Shown: one piece after another, positions 1-10,000 of the stretch
Layout: each line of letters begins with the position of its first letter
Numbering within the stretch: position 1 is the stretch's first letter
Notes under the pieces: generated by a model
What the model saw: only the letters and a program-made list of their open reading frames with translations
The model's database searches: none
Told to the model about the DNA's origin: nothing
NCBI GenBank assembly: GCA_009602725.1
Contig: WELB01000003.1
Location: forward strand, 207,250-227,249
DNA: 20,000 nucleotides
Direction: 5' to 3'
From: Spirogloea muscicola
Lineage: Eukaryota
Position numbers and translations under genes: made by a program

Positions 1-1
1 C

Positions 2-461
2 CACCACCCGTGCCCTTTGCATGAGGTCAGCTTTGCCTCCCTTTCTATCGTGCACAGCACCTTATGTGCCCTTGAGCACAGTTCCTTGTCCCCATTGTCC
101 TGGCCATGCACAGCCTCTACTTCTTAAAGTCTATTACTCTTTCGTTGGGCTGCTCTCTCTCAGCCCCTTTTAGAAGAGTACTCTTTCCTCCTCTGGAGAC
201 CCATTTACCCCACGGCTACTTGTACGCGCTCCCAAGAGTTGCTAGTGGTAGCGTGCAACAAGCTCATAAGGTGACCTTCTTCTGCAGAGCCCAAGATGAG
301 CTGACGCTCAGGATGAGAAACTCCCATTCACTCATGACAAGGCTATGAAACTTTTGCAAAACATCGTTGCAGCCCCCCAGCCTGTTCAAGGAATACGGAG
401 GCCCACGGTCTGCCTCCTTTGCTGCACAGGACTTTGCAAAGCTGCTGCTCTGGAGCCCTGA
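2..461 (+). CDS. Possible 3' end of a convergent, unidentified protein-coding gene (exon pieces 2-25 and 312-461, or 312-407)
   Basis: GAG|gtcagc donor at 26 and gctcag|GAT acceptor at 311 define a 286-nt intron, typical in size for this window. It joins HHPCPLHE to DEKLPFTHDKAMKLLQNIVAAPQPVQGIRRPT...; TGA at 459-461 unless spliced again at ACG|gtctgc (408). No family recognised. Confidence 0.38.
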
Positions 462-647
462 TCAACTGTGAAATTAGCAGCAAATGAGCTGTTGATCCTG
501 TCTGTCGAGAACTGTCATAAGGCAATGAGCTGCCTCAACCTGAAGAAGAGGAAAGGCCTTTCCCTTGCAGAGTAGCCATCACTAGCTATGCACAAGTCTC
601 GCTTGCTAAAACAATGGAGAACAATGAGAAGGTCTAAAGGATTGCAA

Positions 648-1007
648 TCACGTATTAACAAAACTCAACAAGAAGCTGCTGACTACACGACGTACAAAGG
701 GGTATGGAATGCGTCGGCAGACACGGCCGTCCAAGTATGCTAGTGAGCTTGAGAAGAAGAGATGAATGAGAGCTGGCCTCAGCCCTCGCCACTTGCCACT
801 CTTCTCCTTTCCTCTCTTCTCCACGTTTCTTGACTTAGCTTGTTCCTCGTCTTCTTCATTCTTCAGTGAAGGCTTGTCATCAAAGCCTAGCTGTTTCTTT
901 GCCTTCCTTGGCAGCAGGTTTAAGGCTCGCCTTCGCATGGATCGCACCACAATGATGACTGCCAGCTGCTCACAGAGGGCTCTCATAGCAGGCCACATTT
1001 GTTTATC
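648..1007 (-). CDS. VPS13: VPS13 terminal coding exon 41
   Basis: gagtgcag|GAT; ...LAYLDGRVCRRIPYPFVRRVVSSFLLSFVNT, then TGA at 650-648. Confidence 0.9.
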   Translation of the reverse strand, partial: DKQMWPAMRALCEQLAVIIVVRSMRRRALNLLPRKAKKQLGFDDKPSLKNEEDEEQAKSRNVEKRGKEKSGKWRGLRPALIHLFFSSSLAYLDGRVCRRIPYPFVRRVVSSFLLSFVNT

Positions 1008-4000
1008 CTGCACTCATTCATTGAAGATGTTTTATGTCTAGGATGACAACGCAGAGATGGGAGATTTGAGGAGGTATTGGACACTACTTCCGACCTGCGG
1101 TGCAAAATAGGACTGGATGGAGGAGTGTTTAGCTGGGCCGCATGACGTAAAGAAGCACAGCATGTGACTGCTGGTTACACTCTACCAGCTTGCCCAGCTG
1201 CTTGCTGTTCACCTGCTCCCCATGCAGCCTCCTGAGTGATAGCGCAGCAGCTTGCGAAGGCTCTCCGGTAAGAAGGCCCTCGCCGACCAGAAAGTGCCGC
1301 ACGGAAGCAACAATTTCATCCTTCAGAGTACTATTAGGCGGCAAATTCTTCACCACGACCTGCAAACAGGCACAGCTTATGGGTTGAGCATTGAGAAATG
1401 TGTGCTCCACCCCCCCTCCAAATCTGCTGGACTGCCACTGACCATCCTTGCTTCTCAGAGTAGCAATAAAAAGGGGAAAAATGGCTGTGATCTTGTACAG
1501 GCTAACTGACCCTTACAGTGCAATAGCGCTTGAGAGCTGACATGGCTAAGGCATCATGACTGGCACAAGACCTGGTCGTTGTCAAACTTGACCCGTAAGT
1601 ATTCTTGCTTGAAGAGTGCATCAAGCGTTGCCTGAAGGTAGCCCTCCAAGTAGACCTGCATAAGAGCTTATTTGTGACATTCTGTTGTATACAGCATGCG
1701 CAAGGCTTGCAATAGCCCCATGTGGACCTTCAGAGTCCTCATTTATTCAAGGACACTATCATCTTCACTTCCACTCATTTCCTGCTTCATACGAGACTGT
1801 CTGGCGATACGTGGGCACTACATCTCAGACGATCTCCTACACTTCCTCCAAACCTCTCTGATCATGCATTCAGCGCAATCTCAGCAAACTTGATAGTGCG
1901 CCAACTATTGCTACAATGCATGAGGTGTCAGCACATTCTGAGACATATACCTCTTCAGTACCCACTGACCGATCTAGCTGAATGCGACATGTGCCATGGG
2001 CCCCCCCTCGCACTGCGGTCCTCAGCATGTCTGGTTTGAGAGCTATGTTGAGGATTCCCCTTCTGAAGCCCCGTAGCTGTTGACAGTCAAAGTTTATGAG
2101 CAAAGATGATTGTCTTATCAGTAAACAACTCGCACATTGCACTACAGCTGTCAAATATACATGCAACGTGTGCTGTGCAAGATCAACTTCAGGACGGAAG
2201 TGTGCATGACCATACCAGTCCATCAACTCCAGCAGCTTCAGCACCTCTGAGTACAGAGTCAGAGACTTCCGTGACAACAGCATAAGCCAGGTTAGAACCT
2301 GCCTCCTTTACCTGTCAAATAGGATGCCTGTGTGAACAAGGCTGACAGAACAAGCTGCTATATCCAAGGTAAGAGTGATATTAGGTTCCAGGAGATTGAC
2401 ATCAGCAGTAACTCTTGAAACCGTGATCAAACGTTGTGCAAGCTTCGCCCTTTCACCTGCACCGCACACCTCTTCTCCACATTACACAGTGGACTGTATT
2501 CATCACTTCCGTGTCTATACGATATGCAACCTCATTACCTTATTCTCAAAATCGCCCAGATATCGGGTGGTCCCATATTTGCCTTTACGACCTATGCCCT
2601 GCCGTAATAAGTTGAAAGCTCCTGCAACTCTACCGAAATGCGTGTCAGATTGATACGAACTCCTCAGCAGACAAGCATGTCAGTAGAGTCCGTGGCTGGT
2701 AACTTTTGCATGAAGTGTGACTTGGTGATTCGGTAGCAAGGGCTGACTCAGGTCAAGTTCTCTTTGAGTCTTCAGCCTGCGATTTATTGTTGACCTGCAT
2801 GGCACTCTTGTGCATGATGCATTTCTTCCTTGAGTAACAGATTGCAGAACCAACCTAGAGTAATATTCTTTGCAGAAGATAAGTTGGCTGGATCAAAGAA
2901 GGCATCAATTGAGGAGGCCGCTGAGTCGTCAAACAGAGAAGCAAACGCAGGCGGCAGCAACTCGCTACCCCGTGCCAAGTAAACAGCCCGCATCCCATAC
3001 CTGTTGCACACAGCATAAACAACAGATTGTCCCCAGAGTGAATGCATAAGATACTCCATGGGACATTATCATGCTCTTTACATCCCTCCATTGCCTTAGT
3101 CCATGTTGACCACAACTCTCGTGCCAGGCTATCTCTTCAAAAACCTCATCAGAAAACCAGAGTTGCCACTTACCAAGAGTAATGCTGGGCAAACTTGACT
3201 GCTAGCTGCGTATATGTCAACAATGCATGCTGCAACGATATCCCATTCAGTTCAATGACACGGCCCTTCACAGCAGGCACCTGCAGAGGAAATGTGCGTA
3301 CATCAGGGACTAGTCTGCTTCTGTAATGATCACCTTAGCTGATACATGAGCGTGAAGCTTATATCACTTGTCTAAGAATGGAGGACAAGAACCACGCATG
3401 CAGGCTCCAACCCTGCTGTGTGGACTGAAATCTCGATGTGCAGAGAAGCGGATCAACTAGCTAGACCGAGGGTCAAACTTCCTCGTAATCTGCTCTTAGA
3501 AAGCCTGAGGATTACCTTTATAATGGATTGAAGCAGCGCTCGAACAGTCTCCTGAGCCGATGTCAGGTCTGCCCTGGGGCTTCCAGGCTCAAAGCTTGCT
3601 ACAATCTGCCTCATGTCACCCATGCATGGTGTGTAAGTAGCCTTTGTCATTCTCACAAGAAAATTAGTAGCTAAGAGGTGAGTCTCTTAAGCGGCAATGC
3701 GGCCCTGCATCTTCTAATTGTTAATTAGGATGGGTGTTCCAGACTTTCTAGTGGCCGTGAGAGGTGATATAGATGGCAATGCCAGCCCGTACAGGCGCAT
3801 GCACGCCAGAGCGCGCGAAAGTACAGGATTGTGTCTCACATACATATCTCTCGCACTAACCTTGATTGGTTGGACTTCGAGCTGCTCGAAGTATAGGGGC
3901 TGGCTTGGCGTTGAGATGTATGGCTGAAGTCGTGATCGAGAGAATGGCACAAGCCTCATAACAGTATCACCGTCTATATTGAGCTCCAGAGTCTGTCAGA

Positions 4001-7000
4001 ATAATACGTAGACAAGAGTATCATCCTTACTACAAATACAGATAACAAGAACCTCGTTTCCACCCGAATGGCCGATCTTGGGTGCTTGGAGCATGACCAT
4101 TGTCAGTTCATACGTAAGGGTGGAGTCTACAGAGTCAGCCCCCGAGCTTCAATCATAAAGTATGTAGCACACGGTGAGACAACTTCCCCCAAGGAGGCAG
4201 CCGACATCAGGCATCACCGCTAGGTTGTCAGAAGGCCGCTGCTATAAGTGCTTGCAAGGAAGGTAGCAGATAAATTCATGATGAAGCTCCTTGCAAGATG
4301 TGCAAAATATCTCACTGATAACAGGCCCCCACAGCCTTGCATACGATTGGATCAAGAAGATTTTGGGTAACCTACCTGGACGAGGAAGAACGCATAACGC
4401 AGATGGAGTGGGCTGCCAGGAGCATTAGACATGACAAATGCAGCATGCAAAAATGGGGTGCCTTCATCCAAGCTCTGTGCTCTGTGGGGCCGGAATATCA
4501 CAATCTGTGGAGCTCCAGTCCACTTGGCATCAATGTCCATCCTCTGTCAGAGCAGCAACAGCTATGTCATGACATCACCACTATACAGCAAATGTGGATA
4601 TAGGAGTTACACGTCCTATAAGATGTCAAGGTGTTGCAGACATAATATATTGAAATTTAAAATTCTGCACAAAGCTACTCTAGTTGTAGTAATACATGGG
4701 CAAAAGGTTTGAGCAAGATGTGACTCAGGCTTTATGGGCTTCCTCGACCTACCACTCTTCTGCTGACCTACTGCCGACCTAGATGGAAAATGAGCTGTGA
4801 CATGATATAGATCATCATTGCAGACCCAGGAAGCAGAAGCGACTAAATTAGGTGAAGGTGCAATGTGACATCGGATCGGGGAGCTGCACCTGCACTTTGA
4901 CTTGGCAGGCAGTCGAGTCACTTGTGATATCTAGTATCACGGCAAGATTCTCAGTCCTTGCATACAAGAAGGGCACAAAACTGTTTGCTCCCAAGTCATC
5001 ATGGTCTGCATCCTCGTTGTCTTCCTGCACAGCTCGTGTATTCTTCAATCCCAATGTATGCATTTGACAGAACACTTTGCGATGGCTTCATGAGAAAGCT
5101 CCGCTACTTGCACTTGCACATACTATGTCGAAAGCTGTGGAGCAAGATCAAGTGCCCGAACACTCATGTTCAGAACGCTCTACTTGACTTGCCATCATGC
5201 AAACTGTCTTAAGAAGTATTCAGACAGAAGACATCCTGTCATATGCCTGCAACATCACAAGCAACTCAAGCAGGCAATGAATGTAGTGATTCTATCATTT
5301 GTGGGTTTACTGGAGGATATGCATGCTTACAGACACCTTGCCAGGCTCCATAATGCTAAGCCCTAATGTTGCCACGTTTATGTCTATCTTGGCAATGGAT
5401 GTTCTGGCTCCTGCTCCCCTCAGTCCCTTCTCTTCACTGCCCTCCTCACTGATCCTTAGCACCCTAGTTGGTCCTTCTGCATAGATCTCGTAACCCAAGG
5501 CTCGTACTTCTGCTGTTTTCGTTGATGCAGATCTCTTCATTAGTTCATTCTCAGTGAAGGTTGCAGGAAGAATGGATGACATATTAAATGTTGACGCCTT
5601 CCTGAAGGCTCTAAAGAGCTTCCAGCTTCTCAGCTTATCAAGATTGACTTCCTCATCTTTTAGGATTGTCCCTGGCAATGACAGAAATCGCTCAATATGT
5701 CAGCACTAGGCAGCTCTCCCACCTGCGGCATGCAGATTGGAATAAGTCATATAAGGACATCGCAGCTCCGATTGCCCCTAGCTGTTATCCTGCAACCTCG
5801 TCACGTGAAACTAAGTAGGCCTTACTGGATGGGCATCAATGGAACGGCCAGCACAAGAAAGACATGCAACTAATTGGGTGCTGTCGATGAGCAGGATTTG
5901 AATGTGAATATGCAGCTGCAAATGGTCATGAGATTGGTCCACTTGCCAGGTAGTGAAATGCTGAGCTTGCGAGGCAGTGTCAGATCATCCCAGACATATC
6001 CAACTGCCTCGTGGCCGTCGAGGACTTCCCAAGAATCTGCATGCTGTGGCATGCCACAGCATGCCACAGCAGTAATTTTCAGTCTATGCACGAACTTGCA
6101 TTTCTGAGCTGTTTTCTTCTGAAACACCTTAACTGTGACGTAGTACTCGTCAGAAGCAGTGACAACATCTTGGAGACCTGATTATTGCCAGGTCTTCCTA
6201 CCTTCTGGTGAAATGAGATGCTCTCTGGGAGCTCATTCTCAATGCGGTAAGGTACAGCATCTGCTCTCTGTGGCCTGATATATATAATGAGTGAAGGCGC
6301 CTCCTCTATCACCTCAGCTACAGCAAATCGCACATGTGCATCTGTTACAGCAACCGTGTGGGTGAGCTTGATTCACTCACTATACATGATACAATAAGGT
6401 CATGTCCTTTCCTCATGTGGCATAGCATGAAGGGGCTCATATTCACCATTCCCACGATTGCCTAGGCTTCAAGGCAATCAAGCTCAATTCTAAAGATAAG
6501 GGCCTAGGGGTCAGGCTTTCTCATATTGACTGCGATCCTTGCTAACCAGGGCAAAGATTATCACCACACTGTCAGCATGTTACAGTCACCTTCGTTTCTT
6601 ATTCCATCGACATTACCTGCAAACTCTCCTCTTCCCCTGATGCGGAATGAGAAGTTACCAAGCGAGGCCACATGTAGTGGACCAGACCAGTCCCAATTCC
6701 TCGAGTCTGTTTTTGGCTTCAGTCGAATTGCAACTTGTGCACCAGCAATGGCTGATTGAAGTGTCTCATTGGCCTGGGCATGGAAGGGCGCCCTTTGACC
6801 CACCCCTAGCATGATGTGAGAATGCTCATCAGCCTGCATCAACGTGGGAGAAGGATTGGGCAGTGCTTCGAAGCTTAGGAGCGACTAGATTTCATGCTTG
6901 TACATGTTGCCTTCTCCCTGCAATTTCTCAGTAGGATACACAGTGCTTATATGTCCAAGTTTTCATTCCAATGACCAACACTGTTCGTACATGTTTGGCC

Positions 7001-10000
7001 ATACCTGCAAACCATCTTGGCAGACGAGGAGCGACTCGGGGCACTGGTTGACAATCACATGTCGCGGAGCCAGCTGGACAAGGCCCGCAGCATCTACAAG
7101 CTTTATACCGAGTTGAAGACTTCGTGGCACCTCATAGTCAACCGTCCGAGCAGTGTATGGCTGATCAAGTGGTTCGCGATCTATGCCATTGTGAGACTGT
7201 CGAGAATGTACCTGGAGGAGAGTGAGTTCTGTTGTGCTGGCTAGTGCATTAAGGTCCAGCTTACCAAATGCTTGGCCCTTCTCTGCCACCATTAGCAGTA
7301 TAATGCCCCCCCTGCAGTCGGCAAAGTTGTTGCAATGAACCAGTATGACAAGAGCAATGTACTTTATGCTGTTGCATATACCGCGCAGCTCAAATTACAA
7401 CTGGCCTGCAGCTGCATTACCTGGGCAGCCACGAGAGCGAAGAGCCTGGCTTCAATTGGAAAACTGGAGTTCCTCCATTCTGAATTTGACTTCCAGTACA
7501 CCTTTCACTTTCAGCTGGCCATTCGAGGCATTTTTGTCTGCCAATCCTCCACCAGCTGTCACCATGAACTATTGAAGTGAGCTGATATGAGCATGGACCA
7601 CAGGACTACTCTCTCGGACAATGATGGTAAGATATTGGTGTCCTGGCATTGTGCAAGTTCGACAAAAGAGTAATGTGACAGGAGTTTATGCAGATACGTG
7701 TTGCCAGGTTTTGTATGAACCTTGGGTTGGATCTGACAGCCCGTGCAACTCCGGGAGAGCACAAGAGACTCATTTGGCTACTATTTCGCAGCGTATGCTT
7801 GGCCTTTATTGTGACCTGCAAAGGAATTACCTATCATTAGGGCGATACAACAGCAAGGCCAAGACTAGCGCACTACAGAGAGTGCCGCACATGTGAGTGA
7901 AGCAGCAAAATGAAGCAAGACGGCAACCTGGCTGACACCGTCTGCTGCCTGGTCCATCTTCAATTGAATTGAAAGCTTCTCGTCTGTCCCAATCAAAATC
8001 TCCTTGAAACCCTCTCCACCTCTTTCTGCTTTCCGAAACACGTCATTCAGTTGCGCTGTACTCGGGAGTATCCTCAAAGGGATAGGCGCTGAGCTCATGC
8101 GAAGGTCCATATGATGGACAATAAGGAAACTGTGCTCTGGATCTGCATATGCGCAAGCAGTGTGTGCATTGCCCTCTACCACGAAACTGTTGGTCGAGCC
8201 GGGTCCATTTGTGGGGGGCCTTGCGGATGCTGCTTCTGTAGGAGAAGAAATTAAGCTGGTCTCAGCAGTACAACTCGAAGACACTTCTCGATTCAGTGTG
8301 GATTGTCAAGCCAGTAACATGATCTTATCGCTCAATTACTGGTGGTGCTGCAAGGTGTCCAGTGATTACAAGGCCTCACCTTCTGAAGAAGCGACAAGGG
8401 AGATTCCTACTGTGGAAGTGAGAAGATTCTGCACACGCAGTGTGGGGAGGAAGGCTAGCTCTCGCTGTTGGACCCAAGCCTGCTGGCCTCCACCATCCAC
8501 AGGTACGTCTCTGCATGTAGTCCTCAACAGGAAATGAATGTCTTTTTTGAATTTAGACTTGCAATGCAGGGTCCCAAAGGTGGACTCGAGGCTCTGGCCC
8601 CAGACTCCTCCCATAGTTCTTGTTACACCAGCACGGACTTTTTCCATCCACCCTGAGAGCTGGACTGGCACTGCTTCAGATACCTGCTCAGACCAATTCC
8701 ATACTGCCTCTTGACATGTGCCAGCTGCTGGCCGAATAGACAGCATATTATCTCCTGTACAAGAATCCGGAATGATTTAGGTGTGCATGCCTACTATGTT
8801 ATACAGATGCAGTGACTCTGTTCAGCGACTCTGTAACCATGGACTCTCTATGCAACCATTTAATCGGTCTGCAGCAGGTGTGACTTGATGACCAGGCACC
8901 TGACTGATCAGGAAAGGCTACCCTTCACTTAACATAGAAGAAAGACAGGCTCCATCATGCATGTATGACTTCCTCACCAAGTATCATCTGAGCAAGGACT
9001 CCTTGATTCTCTCTTTGCAGATCAAGCGACTGGAATGATACTATGATATCATCAAGTACGTCCCCACTTTCCAGAGTCTTCATTTGACTGGATTCTGTAC
9101 TGCTGCCTTCTAGATTTGAAAGCACTAGGGTCTTGTCTCCAGGTTCGTCAAAACAGAGCTCCAAGGGCAGTCCAGTCAGATTACGTATTGTAAGCAAGGG
9201 TGACACGCTTAATGTCAGGCCATTCTGGGTGTAAGGAAAGCAGTAGACCACTAGTTAGTCAAAGCAACAAGCATGATATCGATAAAGAAAAAATTTGCCT
9301 AGTCCTATTCGAATGTTGTTCTGTCAAGCCAGAAACATTGTCAATAGTGAACAGCCACAAGCAGAGAAGTGTACCGTAGGCTTGCACACGTCAAGAACAA
9401 TGTAAGGACCAGGGCTGAATCCTTCATTGTCTGCACAGAGGGCAAAGCAAGGTCAGTCATCAAGCAATGCACCAGCTTCTATGCTAGAGAAAAGCATAGG
9501 CGCAGGCCAGACACAATGTGTCATTACTCTTACAAAGGAATGACTGTCTCAGTCCTGATGTAAGTGACACACTTAGTAAGTGACACACTTGCTTAATCTG
9601 CTTCACCCAAAGGTGATTTGACCCTCACCTTGTCCAAAAAGCAGGCGGGTGCGCACTGCTCTGACACCTGGGCTAAACAGGGATTGCAGCAGTGGCTCAG
9701 TGCTATAGCCATTATTTGCCTGCAACTTTAGCGATATATAATCACATAGCTGGGTTGCCGTCCCTTCCTTGCGTGAGGTTGTGTGCCTGTATCGAGTTAT
9801 AGTGCTCAGTCAATAAGAGGAGGAAATTTCTTCACTTATCAGATGACACTTGCTAGCAATGTCCAAGATGCAATGTAATGAGGGCTTCGAGCTATTAAGC
9901 AAATGAGGAGCTGACATAGCTGTGAGCAAGTCTGGGATTGATATTGACAACCCCACGAGCAGCTAGAAGAGTGTTACTTATGTGCACTTTGTGTGGAGGT

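Noticed and set aside
106..348. 80-aa plus-strand ORF
   Set aside because: Pyrimidine-rich, intron-like sequence with no protein-like features; better explained as the intron of the putative neighbouring gene.
2312..2460. Open minus-strand frame after gtgcag in the intron between exons 36 and 37 (GERAKLAQRLITVSRV...) as an extra exon
   Set aside because: Flanking exons already join in frame (DFENK-VKEAGSN) as expected, and this frame is out of phase with exon 37.
3993..4889. The two longest introns (383 and 346 nt) as hosts for a MITE, snoRNA or tRNA
   Set aside because: No terminal inverted repeats, target-site duplications, paired C/D boxes or cloverleaf seen by eye; an Infernal/Rfam scan would be needed to exclude them fully.
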